Of a stretch of DNA of 32,000 bases, positions 1-9,155 are shown one piece after another. Position numbers and translations under genes: made by a program. Location of the stretch: NCBI RefSeq assembly GCF_900199515.1, contig NZ_LT963433.1:90001-122000 (forward strand), read 5' to 3'. The DNA is from Massilicoli timonensis. Its GTDB lineage: Bacteria; Bacillota_I; Bacilli_A; Erysipelotrichales; Erysipelotrichaceae. How positions within the stretch are numbered: the stretch's first letter is position 1; each line of letters starts with the position of its first letter. The notes under the pieces are model-generated. The model was not told the origin of the DNA. It searched no databases and saw only the letters and a list, made by a program, of their open reading frames with translations.

Positions 1-1439
1 ATCTGTGTATCAATACCATCAGGTAACTTATCAATAATATCTTTGCATTGAGCTGCCATCAATGCTTCCATGACTTGTTCTCTTGATGCCTGTGGACGTG
101 CAGCACGTACATTTTCTAAAATAGATGTTTTGAATAAACGATTGTTTTGGAAAACAAAAGCCACTTGATCCATAAGAACATGAGGATCCATTTGTGTAAC
201 ATTCACACCCCCAATTTCTACTGCACCTGAACTGGCATCCCAAAATCTCGGAATCAGACTAGCAGCCGTTGTTTTCCCTCCACCAGAAGGACCAACCAGC
301 GCTATTGTCTGTCCTGAATCTGCTATAAAAGATACATGTGAAAGTGCTGGTCTTATGGCTCCACCATAAGTAAAACTGACATCCTTAAACTCTACTTTAT
401 TATTCTGCGGCATTTGTGGATGATCAGGTTTCTTTAATGTTGGTGCTTCTATGACTTGACGAATACGATCCAATGCTGTACCCGCCAGCATCATTCCTGA
501 AGAAGCAAACATAATTTTAGCAAGAGCCGTAGAAATAATAGCAGAAAAAACAGCATAGAAAACAAAATCAGTGATAAACTCCGCAAACTGTCCGTTTGCT
601 AAAGAATTAGGTGCTAAAAATAGAACAACAGGTACTAGAAAAATAAACGCACCTTCTGTAAAAGTCAAGTTGATTGTTTGAGGAATTTGACAGACATCCG
701 CCTGATAATATTCAGCCTTATTGCTATAAGCCTCTATTGCCTCTTTGAATGCTCTAAAAGAATAAACAGTCTGCTGGAAAATTTTGACGACTGGAATTCC
801 TCGAACATATTCCGTTCCTGCCTTTGTCATACGATCTTGAGCTGCCTGATACTCCCCAACAATTTGTACGTTTTTGCCACCCATCATCGAAAACATCGCA
901 ATCACTGAAATAACCACTGTCATCAAACATGCCAATCCCATGCGCCAGTCAAAAACAAACATCATGACTATCATTGATATAAAAAGCACGATTGTACCCA
1001 CAATATCAGCTAAGTTATGTGCCATAAGCTGTTCTGTGTCAGCCGCTGCTGCGTCCAATCGTCCACGAATCAACCCAGAGGCATTGGAATCAAAATAGCC
1101 AAGAGGCACTTTCATCATATGGGCAACACCCTGTTTGCGAATATTCGCCGCAGTACGGAAAGCTGCAAGATGCGTACACATCAAGCCTATAAAATATAGG
1201 ATAATTCCACCAACTGCAAAACCAAAGGCTGCCCAGCCATATTGAGAGACATCTTGTGCCTGCGTCCAATTTGGTGCTGCTGCAATGAGATCGCGTGCTA
1301 CCAGCCAGATACAAATGTAAGGCACCATACTTAAAAGCATTGATACTGCTGATAAGACTAATCCTAAAAAAGTCAATCCTTTACGCTTACCCGCATATCC
1401 TAACAAAACCGTGATATCACTTTTTTTCTTTTCTTCCAT
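1..1439 (-). CDS. ABC transporter, fused permease/ATP-binding subunit (multidrug-exporter type); C-terminal part lies beyond the left edge
   Basis: Absent from the ORF track because it has no stop inside the window. My translation of the minus strand from ATG 1439-1437 (AGGAGG at 1452-1447, 7-nt spacer) stays open to position 1: MEEKKKSDITVLLGYAGKRKGLTFLGLVLSAVSMLLSMVPYICIW... A hydrophobic TM half is followed by Walker A GPSGGGKTT, encoded at about 267-293. Confidence 0.85.
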   Translation of the reverse strand, partial: MEEKKKSDITVLLGYAGKRKGLTFLGLVLSAVSMLLSMVPYICIWLVARDLIAAAPNWTQAQDVSQYGWAAFGFAVGGIILYFIGLMCTHLAAFRTAANIRKQGVAHMMKVPLGYFDSNASGLIRGRLDAAAADTEQLMAHNLADIVGTIVLFISMIVMMFVFDWRMGLACLMTVVISVIAMFSMMGGKNVQIVGEYQAAQDRMTKAGTEYVRGIPVVKIFQQTVYSFRAFKEAIEAYSNKAEYYQADVCQIPQTINLTFTEGAFIFLVPVVLFLAPNSLANGQFAEFITDFVFYAVFSAIISTALAKIMFASSGMMLAGTALDRIRQVIEAPTLKKPDHPQMPQNNKVEFKDVSFTYGGAIRPALSHVSFIADSGQTIALVGPSGGGKTTAASLIPRFWDASSGAVEIGGVNVTQMDPHVLMDQVAFVFQNNRLFKTSILENVRAARPQASREQVMEALMAAQCKDIIDKLPDGIDTQ

Positions 1440-1566
1440 GGCAATCCCTCCTTAATAAGTTAGTTATAACTAACTCAAACTCTAAAAAAAGAAAATTTCT
1501 AGGCCTTCCTCTTATTGATAAAGTCTGAAAACCATTATATATCATTTTTTCAACAGACTCCTTACG

Positions 1567-2184
1567 TTATATAGGAAATAGTTTTAGCCATCCAGCAGTA
1601 TAAAATTCTCGTAATTGTTCGACATCACGCATTGCTTCTTCTTTAGGCATATCATGGATTACAATTTCAAAAATTCCACCCAGCATACCACTAGCAATAA
1701 TATGGCACAGCGAATGACTCAATTCATGTCCTTCATACCCTAAACTACGAAGCGTTTCCACATATTGCATCGTACTTTCCACTTCAACTTCAACCATATT
1801 ATGGATAAAATTCTCATAATCCGTACCATCAGCGCCACATATCAACAATTTGACCGGTTCTCTATGTTCGCAAATGTAATCCACCATCCAGCGAAGACAA
1901 GATCCAGATTCTACTCCAACATGTGTTATTTTTTCTTTTTCGGGCAATTTGGCAAAAGAAAGCTGAGCATCCATAAATCTTGACATCAAAGCTTTCGCGT
2001 GAGGTTCCACAATTGAAGCAAATAGAGCTTCCTTACTGGAAAAGTAACCATAAAAAGCGCCTGTCGTTACACCAGCATTTTTAACGATCTGACGTAAAGA
2101 AGATCCATTAAACCCCTTATCCAAAAATTCGTCAAGAGCCGCCTGTTGAATCTTTTCCAATGTCAAGCTTGATGTTTCCTGCAT
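1567..2184 (-). CDS. TetR/AcrR family transcriptional regulator
   Basis: 205-aa ORF. The N-terminal HTH signature LDEFLDKGFNGSSLRQIVKNAGVTTGAFYGYFSSKEALF is typical of TetR_N. GGAGGC lies upstream of the ATG. The gene sits directly upstream of, and co-directional with, the ABC exporter. Confidence 0.9.
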   Translation of the reverse strand: MQETSSLTLEKIQQAALDEFLDKGFNGSSLRQIVKNAGVTTGAFYGYFSSKEALFASIVEPHAKALMSRFMDAQLSFAKLPEKEKITHVGVESGSCLRWMVDYICEHREPVKLLICGADGTDYENFIHNMVEVEVESTMQYVETLRSLGYEGHELSHSLCHIIASGMLGGIFEIVIHDMPKEEAMRDVEQLREFYTAGWLKLFPI

Positions 2185-2197
2185 TTTTAAGCCTCCA

Positions 2198-2252
2198 TAT
2201 AACAGTGATATATAACACTGTTATAATACACCCTTATCTTGTTGCTTGTCAA
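2198..2252 (-). promoter_or_regulatory. Putative sigmaA promoter (TTGACA-18 nt-TATTAT) overlapping a perfect 10-bp inverted repeat, a candidate TetR operator
   Basis: Minus-strand TTGACA at 2252-2247 and TATTAT at 2228-2223. Inverted repeat TATAACAGTG (2198-2207) / CACTGTTATA (2216-2225) with an 8-nt spacer lies between the -10 and the TetR RBS. Confidence 0.5.
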
Positions 2253-2350
2253 GAATAAACATGACATACAAATAATATTTTACATTTTGCCCTTTTCAAT
2301 AGTAACCGTTCTTATCATCAAAAGATCTTCCAATCATCTCCGGTTATTCC

Positions 2351-2397
2351 AAACAAAAAAACAGGGCGCTATGATAGCATACTGATGCAGCACCCTG
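2351..2397 (-). terminator. Rho-independent terminator downstream of the PRD regulator gene
   Basis: Minus strand reads CAGGGTGC-loop-GCGCCCTG (8-bp stem, one mismatch; 2362-2369 / 2390-2397) followed by TTTTTTTGTTTG. Confidence 0.55.
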
Positions 2398-2428
2398 CTT
2401 ATATAAAGATTTTGTGGCAAACACAATG

Positions 2429-4480
2429 TCAGTCAAATGATTCCTGCAACTGATCCAAGACCATATTTAATTCCTCCAATATCGCCTGTTCCTCCATACA
2501 ACTGCATAGTTTCTCTGTATTCGCAGGATCACTGAATATTTGATTGATGTCCTGCAAGATCGCCAGGTGGCTCTCCGCATCAGGTGTTGAAAGTACAAGG
2601 ATGATCTTTGCTTCTCGTTTTTTTGCAAATACGACCTTCTCCTGAAAAACAACCAGACTACATGCTAACTGATTCGCACCATCTTCACTTTTGGCATGTG
2701 CTAACACTACATCAGGAGTAATAAACATATAAGGTCCATATTTCTGTAACTGCGCTATGATAGATGCACAATAATTTTCTGTTATTGCCTCTTCCTCTAA
2801 CAAGGTTCTGCATGCGTAATGAATTGCCTGTTCCCATCCCATCGGTTCCTTTACGATCGCAACATGCGTCAGATCTAAAAAGTCCATCAATGCGTGAGAT
2901 TTGAATAGTGATGATGCACTCGATTCGATCATATGAAGTGATACGATATAGCTTTCTAAATCACTGTATAAATTTTTATACTGACCAGGATCTACATATT
3001 TTTTAACGATCTGGAAGAGTTCTTTCGTATTCGCGGATCGATTTTGAAGCAACGTCTTGCTCATGCTTCTTTTCAATATTTGTATCCGGTCTACATCAGT
3101 CATGATCGGGTGCACCACTACTAACGGAAGATCTGTTTTTAAGGGAATCGTCGAAACGATCAAATCACATTCCCAATTCCCCTGCATAAATTCTTTTGAT
3201 GAAATCGCCGCTGTAATCGTTGCATTTGGCAATAAGGTTTGGAGCTCTGCTTTTAACATATTGCCGGTCGAAACGCCGTTTGGGCAAACAAGCAGAATTT
3301 TAAGGATATTTACACTTGTTTTCATCGCCCGCAAAAAGCCACCGAAATGCAATGTCAAATACGCAATTTCCGAATCAGGGATCGGAGTGCCGATATGATC
3401 GCTCAATACCTGCGCTGCCTTTTTTGTAATCGCAAAAAGTGCCGCATACTGATTCATGATTTCTTCCATCATCGGATTCCCCAACTGGATTCCATATTTA
3501 TAACGATACAAGGAAGTATGCAAATGGGCAAACAGAGTTCGCTCGATCTCCGCTTGATTTTCAAATTCGACGCAAGCCACTCGCTTAAATTCATTGACCA
3601 AAAGTCTTGTCAGTTCCCGCGTTTCCTCATCCTCACCGTACTGTACGACATCACTTGGAATCGACTGCAGTCTGGATCCTAACAAATGTAACGTCAGATA
3701 ACAGGCTTCTTCATCAGAAAGCGAAGGAAAATACTTTTTTACCAAGCAACACTCCTGTGTAGAGGCAAGTTTTTTATGCGAAATGCCTTTTATTCTCACT
3801 TTTTGTGCATTTGTCTGCATCAGCGGCAACAGCATCGCCAGCGTTTCAAGCGTTCCTTCCACAAAAGTTACCTGTAATTCCGCTTCCATGCTTTTTAATT
3901 TTGTGCAATATTGTTTCATATCTTCTCTGTCAAAAAGATTCATGATTTCATTTTTGATAAAAGGATCTAACATATTGATATAGAGAAAAAAGACCGCCCT
4001 TATTTTGATCGCATCGCCTGTGATTTGATACCCTTTTTTCGTTTCATTTGTCATGCAGAGATGATATTGTTTAAGTATCTTTGTGATCTTCTTCAAATCA
4101 GAAATGATCGTATTACGGCTGACCAAAAAATAGTTCATCAAATATTCAAGCGTAATGCGCTCATCTATGACAATCATCAAACAAATCATAATATAGATTC
4201 TTTCCAAAGGAGAAAAGACATATTCACTCATATGCTTTTCTTCCTGTAATTTCGTTTGAATCGCATGCTTTTGAATATTGGTTAAGAAGATCCCTTTGTT
4301 TCTCTCGATTTCGAGTCCGGCAATTCCATTTTCGGAAAGCCAGGCATTCACTTTTTGAATTGCGTAATAAGTCGTTCTTCTTGATATGTCAAACTCTTTC
4401 ATCAAAGCGCCTAACGATACATATTCATACTGTGTCAATATAAAGTGTAAAATATCCTTGCTTCGTGAATCCAACAGCAT
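2429..4480 (-). CDS. PRD-domain transcriptional activator of the MtlR/LicR type (HTH + 2 PRD + EIIB-like + EIIA-like)
   Basis: 683-aa ORF. N-terminal HTH (ISRRTTYYAIQKVNAWL). PRD-type histidine motifs (LTLHLLGSRL, LFAHLHTSLYR, AYLTLHFGGF). EIIB-like KILLVCPNGVSTGNMLK and a C-terminal EIIA-like region with VLAHAKSEDG. RBS GAGGAGG upstream of the ATG. Confidence 0.85.
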   Translation of the reverse strand: MLLDSRSKDILHFILTQYEYVSLGALMKEFDISRRTTYYAIQKVNAWLSENGIAGLEIERNKGIFLTNIQKHAIQTKLQEEKHMSEYVFSPLERIYIMICLMIVIDERITLEYLMNYFLVSRNTIISDLKKITKILKQYHLCMTNETKKGYQITGDAIKIRAVFFLYINMLDPFIKNEIMNLFDREDMKQYCTKLKSMEAELQVTFVEGTLETLAMLLPLMQTNAQKVRIKGISHKKLASTQECCLVKKYFPSLSDEEACYLTLHLLGSRLQSIPSDVVQYGEDEETRELTRLLVNEFKRVACVEFENQAEIERTLFAHLHTSLYRYKYGIQLGNPMMEEIMNQYAALFAITKKAAQVLSDHIGTPIPDSEIAYLTLHFGGFLRAMKTSVNILKILLVCPNGVSTGNMLKAELQTLLPNATITAAISSKEFMQGNWECDLIVSTIPLKTDLPLVVVHPIMTDVDRIQILKRSMSKTLLQNRSANTKELFQIVKKYVDPGQYKNLYSDLESYIVSLHMIESSASSLFKSHALMDFLDLTHVAIVKEPMGWEQAIHYACRTLLEEEAITENYCASIIAQLQKYGPYMFITPDVVLAHAKSEDGANQLACSLVVFQEKVVFAKKREAKIILVLSTPDAESHLAILQDINQIFSDPANTEKLCSCMEEQAILEELNMVLDQLQESFD

Positions 4481-4781
4481 GGCGTCCTCCTCTCGATCAC
4501 ACTTAAAGTTTTCTTGCAGGTGATCTTTTTTACATCAATGCTTTGTTCTCTAACAATTTGAGGGGCCCATTACTATCAAATCAGTATGGACCCCCGCCGC
4601 AATATGTTTACAGGACACATTCCTCACAGGCTTCTTTCCTTGTAGGTATGAAATCTTCACTCATACCTTGCTTCATTCTGATACATTTTCTCTGTACGCA
4701 CCTGTATACTATTTTATTAACATATTCTGTATGCATAAATACTTTATGCTTCCATATGGAAAAGTATTGATAAAGCAGCGA

Positions 4782-5069
4782 CTAGTTGCATGACTGCTTC
4801 AATTTTGTTTCCAGTTTCTCTTTTAATTCCGTCATATCAAGAATATTATCCAATACGATCTTATTCTCTAATTCACTTGCACTTGCTTCTAAGTCTTTGC
4901 CGATCACAAACAAATCAGCGACACCGTTAGCAGCAGTTGACAAGGAGGAGTGCAGCACCTCGATGCCGCTGTATCCTAACTCTTTCATGATTTTTTCTAC
5001 ATTCATACGAACCAGCAGACTGGAGCCCAGGCCTGATCCGCAGCAGCACATAATACTTTTGACTGTCAT
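4782..5069 (-). CDS. PTS EIIB component, L-ascorbate (SgaB/UlaB-like) family
   Basis: 95-aa ORF with the active-site-type motif IMCCCGSGLGSSLLVRMN. It is separated by 14 nt from the EIIC gene. Confidence 0.85.
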   Translation of the reverse strand: MTVKSIMCCCGSGLGSSLLVRMNVEKIMKELGYSGIEVLHSSLSTAANGVADLFVIGKDLEASASELENKIVLDNILDMTELKEKLETKLKQSCN

Positions 5070-5083
5070 TTTCTATTTCTCCT

Positions 5084-6502
5084 TTATTCTCCCTTTTCTT
5101 CATTTGGATATTTCTTTGGAACGATATAGTGATACAGGATCGGCAGCAGAAATAAAATGATCGCTAAGATCAATAAACCGTTGCCATGTACCAACTGCGC
5201 GACGTATCCTAATAAAATGCCTGCCACCGAGAAATCGGTATCGGAAAAAGTACAGTTCGCAAAATTCAGCAAACCCATTACCGGCATACAAAGCGCCGGT
5301 AAAAAGGTAATCAAAAGTCCATGTAAGAAGGAACCGATGATACATCCTTTCAAACCGCCTTCGGCATTCGCAAAGACACCTGCTGTAGCACCGCAGAAGA
5401 AATGTGGAATGACTCCCGGCAAAATCAATGCAATCGCGATACCGGCATTGTTCATAAGTCCTAAAATGAATAACCCGACGACACCGCCTAAGAATGAAAC
5501 TAAAAATCCGATCAGTACCGCATTTGGCGCCGAAGGAAATATAATCGGACAATCCAGCGCAGGCTTGGCATGCGGCACGAGCTTTTCAGCAATTCCCTTG
5601 AATGCAGGAACGATCTCGCCGATGATCAATCGAACCCCTGACAAGATGATGAACACTCCTCCCGCGAAATTGAAGCCGCGAATCAACGCCCATACGATCC
5701 AATGCGTCTTGGTATCTCCTGATGCAAACATCGCCGCGATCACCGGATCGTGTAAACCGCCTTTGGCGATTGCAACACCGGTAACGATCAAGAAGAAAAG
5801 CACCATCGTCAATCCGATTGCCACGGTCGTATCACGCAGAAAACTGATTCGCTGCGGGAATTTGATATCTTCGGTTGATTTGATCTGTTTTTTATTTCCA
5901 CGCACAATGCGTCCGACCTGACCGGCAAACCAATAGCCTACACCGCCAAAATGTCCCAGTGCGATGGTATCCGTTTTCATTACCTTTTTCATCGTCGGCA
6001 TACAAATTGCCGGGGACAAAACCATGATCAGTCCCAGTAACAGTCCACCGGTTATGATCAAAGTTGTTTCGCGCAAACCGCCGACATGCAGGATCACCGC
6101 CAGCATACATGCCATGTATAAGGTAACATGCCCGGATAAGAAAATATAGTTTAATCTGGAAAATCTTGCCATCACGATATTTGCGACCATTCCCAAGCAC
6201 ATGATCAACGCGGTTTCAGAAGCAAATTGCTGCAACCCAAGCGATACGATCGCTTCATTGTTTGGAACAACGCCTTGAATGCCAAACGCATAATTGAATA
6301 GTGTTCCAAAATCATTTAACGAACCGCTTTGTAAAAAGCTTGCACCTGCTGTAAGAACAAGAAAACCTACGATTGTTTTCACGGTCCCTTTTACGACCTC
6401 TTCTATCGGTTTCTTTTGTAGAATCAATCCAAGCAATGCCACAAGACCGACCAGAATAGCCGGAGTGGCTAAAATATTCAAAATAATTGACAAAAACTGC
6501 AT
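5084..6502 (-). CDS. PTS EIIC permease, L-ascorbate (SgaT/UlaA-like) family
   Basis: 472-aa polytopic membrane ORF. Its length and overall sequence character match UlaA/SgaT-type EIIC, and it is flanked by matching EIIA and EIIB genes. Confidence 0.9.
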   Translation of the reverse strand: MQFLSIILNILATPAILVGLVALLGLILQKKPIEEVVKGTVKTIVGFLVLTAGASFLQSGSLNDFGTLFNYAFGIQGVVPNNEAIVSLGLQQFASETALIMCLGMVANIVMARFSRLNYIFLSGHVTLYMACMLAVILHVGGLRETTLIITGGLLLGLIMVLSPAICMPTMKKVMKTDTIALGHFGGVGYWFAGQVGRIVRGNKKQIKSTEDIKFPQRISFLRDTTVAIGLTMVLFFLIVTGVAIAKGGLHDPVIAAMFASGDTKTHWIVWALIRGFNFAGGVFIILSGVRLIIGEIVPAFKGIAEKLVPHAKPALDCPIIFPSAPNAVLIGFLVSFLGGVVGLFILGLMNNAGIAIALILPGVIPHFFCGATAGVFANAEGGLKGCIIGSFLHGLLITFLPALCMPVMGLLNFANCTFSDTDFSVAGILLGYVAQLVHGNGLLILAIILFLLPILYHYIVPKKYPNEEKGE

Positions 6503-6510
6503 AAACTCGC

Positions 6511-6960
6511 CTACTTTCCTTTGTCTGCTTTCAGAAACTCCTCATAAATTTCCTCAATGCTGTCAAATCCACATATTTTTTCAATCCTCGATTCATCCAT
6601 AAAGATCTCAGCCAGCTTGCTCAACGCACCGATGTGTGATTCGCTGTCCTCCGCCGCAAGCACCACCAACAGTTTGGCTTTCTTTTCCTTTGAAAAGATG
6701 ATTGCTTCTTTGGAAAGGGTGATCGCAAGCTGTTTTGCAATGACGCCTTGATCGCTTCTGCCATGAATCAATGCAAGGTTTTTTGCAATTACATAATAAG
6801 GGCCCATTTTTAATGTATTCGCAATAATTTCCTCTGCATATCTTGCTTCGACACAATGACAGTCGACCAGAGGCTGCACGCAGTATCGGATCGCGTCTTC
6901 CCACTCCAGTGCATGGTCTAACATCTTTATGTTTTCTTTTTTCAGTAAATCTTTTATCAT
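6511..6960 (-). CDS. PTS EIIA component (PTS_EIIA_2, mannitol/fructose/ascorbate type)
   Basis: 149-aa ORF with the phosphorylatable-His motif NLALIHGRS. First gene of the PTS operon; RBS GAGGTGGGA upstream. Confidence 0.85.
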   Translation of the reverse strand: MIKDLLKKENIKMLDHALEWEDAIRYCVQPLVDCHCVEARYAEEIIANTLKMGPYYVIAKNLALIHGRSDQGVIAKQLAITLSKEAIIFSKEKKAKLLVVLAAEDSESHIGALSKLAEIFMDESRIEKICGFDSIEEIYEEFLKADKGK

Positions 6961-7097
6961 CGTCCCACCTCGCTTTTATTGGCAATTAAAGTATATACGG
7001 AGGAGAAAAAATTATAAAGCCCAATCTTTGTTTTTGTTTTGTGCAATCGGTTTCACTGTTTTGAGGAAAATGTTTATTTTTACTTGGAGGTAGGAGT

Positions 7098-7133
7098 AAG
7101 TACAGAGGTGATTGCTGATCATTCTCTGTACTT
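7098..7133. promoter_or_regulatory. Perfect 10-bp inverted repeat with a 16-nt spacer upstream of the PTS operon: a candidate activator or recombinase binding site, or a hairpin
   Basis: AAGTACAGAG (7098-7107) / CTCTGTACTT (7124-7133). The spacer contains TGATCA. It lies about 140 nt upstream of the EIIA start and about 110 nt downstream of the resolvase remnant. Confidence 0.3.
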
Positions 7134-7242
7134 GGCGCTTTTGTTGCTTGAATACAAAGAAAATGACATAAGCTTTTTATTAACACTTTTCAATAAAAGA
7201 GCAATAAGTAAAGTGAACTTGTAACAATGGAAAAAATACATT

Positions 7243-7377
7243 TTATTTACAGATAAGGTGCTGCTTAAATGAAAGAATGACTTGTTTTTCGGTAATCCCG
7301 CACGCAAGCATCGCTTCAACCTGTCTTGCAATATTTTGATCTTTTGATGATACCCGTATATATGCGTATTTTGTCAT
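7243..7377 (-). pseudogene. N-terminal remnant (44 codons) of a small serine recombinase (resolvase/invertase)
   Basis: Too short for the ORF track. My translation from ATG 7377-7375 (AGGAGG upstream) gives MTKYAYIRVSSKDQNIARQVEAMLACGITEKQVILSFKQHLICK*. It carries the catalytic-serine motif YxRVSSxDQNxxRQ and then stops at 7245-7243, far short of the roughly 180-200 aa expected. Confidence 0.7.
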
Positions 7378-7788
7378 AAAGTCCTCCTATTATCATTTCG
7401 AGGAATATTATACAAGTAATGGAAAATGAACTTATCATTTTTCGACGAATTTTTTGAATTTGAAATATGATCAGTTAGAGGAGTGATTTCATTTCCATAT
7501 TGCACAGGATAGTATGAATTTTAACTTTTTTAGTTATTTATAGATTTTATTCGATGATTTGCATTTTTATTTAGCTATTTATATGCTACTTTTTCTTTCA
7601 GTTCTTTCATACATAAAAAGATGCAAGTTATTAACAACTCACATCGTTATAAACTGATTTGATTTTCTTCATTTTCCTTAACTGATAAAGGACTTGACGT
7701 GGAACATAAGGAAATAGGAGGTACATCAGATTCTCCTACGAAAAGCGCTCCACGATTTTGCCACGATCTTTGCCAACTGTCCCCAACA

Positions 7789-8601
7789 TTAAATGATCAT
7801 GATATTTTTTGCCCGTCTTTTATAATTCTTTTCCAGCATTGCAACATGAGAAAGGAAATCAGTATCATCAAAATATTTCGCATGCGTCGGACAGCAGCGG
7901 ACACAAGCCTGACATTTTATACATAAACCGACAGTCTCCATAGTATTGATATCAATGCTCTCCAAAGGGCACTTTTCAACACATAAACCGCAATGGATAC
8001 ATCGATCTGCATCTGTATAAGGTCTAGCTTTTAGAAATTTCGCAGGTGTGCCATCCTCTTTGAGCGGTGTGTAATAGGCGCCTAATTCACTATGGTCTAT
8101 TTTCAAAAACATTTTTCTATTGTCTGTTAGTTTCTGTACTACTTTAGAAGTGAAGGCTGCAATTTCATCCAAATCGTTTTCATCTGGTCGCTTGGCTCCA
8201 ATTTGATCTGAAAAGGCATGACGTCCGGCAAAAGCCGCTGCTCCTACGATCGAAAACCCATTATCCTCCATCAAAATCATTAACTCTCTTAAGCTTTCGT
8301 CCGGGCTTCGATTGCCAAAAACACAGATTGGAACTGCTGGTGTTCCTTCACCCCAAATCTTAGCCTTATATTCCGGTACCAGTTTATTAGGAAGGCGTCC
8401 GGCATACACAGGAGATGCCATCACCACCAGATCATCTTCACTAAAATGGTATTCATTATAACGATTCTTTGGTTGTGTAATGTCAAAAAACGTACACTCT
8501 ATATTCAGTTTTTCAGATAAATTTTCTGCCACAAGATGAGCAATCTTCTCAGTACCGCCGGTTGGGCTGAAATAAAGGACACACACTCTTTTGATGTTCA
8601 T
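7789..8601 (-). CDS. Flavodoxin-like domain fused to a 2x[4Fe-4S] ferredoxin domain (EFR1-type ferredoxin)
   Basis: 270-aa ORF. The N-terminal VLYFSPTGGTEKIA is flavodoxin-like. The C-terminus has two CxxCxxCxxxCP clusters (CIHCGLCVEKCP, CIKCQACVRCCP). RBS AGGAGG upstream. Confidence 0.8.
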   Translation of the reverse strand: MNIKRVCVLYFSPTGGTEKIAHLVAENLSEKLNIECTFFDITQPKNRYNEYHFSEDDLVVMASPVYAGRLPNKLVPEYKAKIWGEGTPAVPICVFGNRSPDESLRELMILMEDNGFSIVGAAAFAGRHAFSDQIGAKRPDENDLDEIAAFTSKVVQKLTDNRKMFLKIDHSELGAYYTPLKEDGTPAKFLKARPYTDADRCIHCGLCVEKCPLESIDINTMETVGLCIKCQACVRCCPTHAKYFDDTDFLSHVAMLEKNYKRRAKNIMII

Positions 8602-8965
8602 ATCATATCCTCCTGTTTTCTATCCGTTTGTCTTCATCAAAATCATAGCACAAATAGGAACTGCTATCTATCTCTTTCTTTAGCGTTTAGTTATATAATG
8701 CGGCATATTACAAGCAAGCCTACAATCTGATGGCTTCCTAATCTTGCGTATTTGGCTTTGAAATAAAAACAAGAGTGTCAAGCGGAAATGAAAATGTCTC
8801 AATGAATTCCGTTTTTTTTCTTATTTTTATTCCGGGGTTTTTCGGACGAATTTATCACTTAAATCTGTAACTAATTACACTCGTCTCTTGCCAGGTGCAT
8901 ATACGTTCTATGTTCCTTAAGTGATCAAATAAAATCGCGTTTTCCCCCGAACACTTTTTGAATAT

Positions 8966-8998
8966 TAAAAAACCTGACTTTACGATGAAAATCAGGTC
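8966..8998 (-). terminator. Rho-independent terminator downstream of the Abi-alpha-like gene
   Basis: Minus strand reads GACCTGAttttcatcgtaaagTCAGGT followed by TTTTTTAAT. Confidence 0.5.
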
Positions 8999-9155
8999 AA
9001 TATCTGTTTAGTAGCAGTTTAATTCACTTTTTATCATCTACTTTTTTGGCTACTTCGATATGCCAAAAATCCTTTATTTATGAGCTTATTCGTTTGTGCA
9101 ATTCTTCACTAGCAAACAAACCGTCTCAACGGTACTACCAGATTCCCACAAAAAA

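Noticed and set aside
678-1314. Several 60-76-aa track ORFs at the left end
   Set aside because: All lie inside the long open minus-strand frame of the ABC transporter, which the track omits only because it lacks a stop in the window.
4543-4770. 75-aa plus-strand ORF in the EIIB-regulator intergenic region
   Set aside because: It has no RBS, runs opposite to all flanking genes, and has no motif. The region more likely holds the regulator's promoter and small hairpins.
5157-5921. 254-aa plus-strand ORF and nested minus-strand ORFs within the EIIC gene
   Set aside because: They overlap the 472-aa membrane permease ORF, which has clear family character. The alternative frames give Pro/Lys-rich or Cys/Arg-rich nonsense.
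7119-7331. 70-aa minus-strand track ORF
   Set aside because: A different frame in the same place encodes the resolvase N-terminal motif with a strong RBS. The 70-aa frame has no RBS and no motif.
8854-8925. Inverted repeat ATCACTTAA / TTAAGTGAT (54-nt spacer) with outer CGGGG/CCCCG, considered as an ncRNA, inverton or att site in the 550-bp non-coding gap
   Set aside because: The arms are short (9 bp), the internal loops are large, I recognise no matching riboswitch or tRNA-like pattern, and no intact invertase is nearby. I cannot support a call without covariance or comparative data.
7380-9155. Search for tRNA, rRNA or other structured RNA genes in the large intergenic regions (7380-7788, 8602-9155)
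   Set aside because: I could find no cloverleaf-compatible stems with a conserved T-loop (GTTCRA) or anticodon arms, and no rRNA-like conserved blocks. This was checked by eye only; tRNAscan or Infernal would be decisive.
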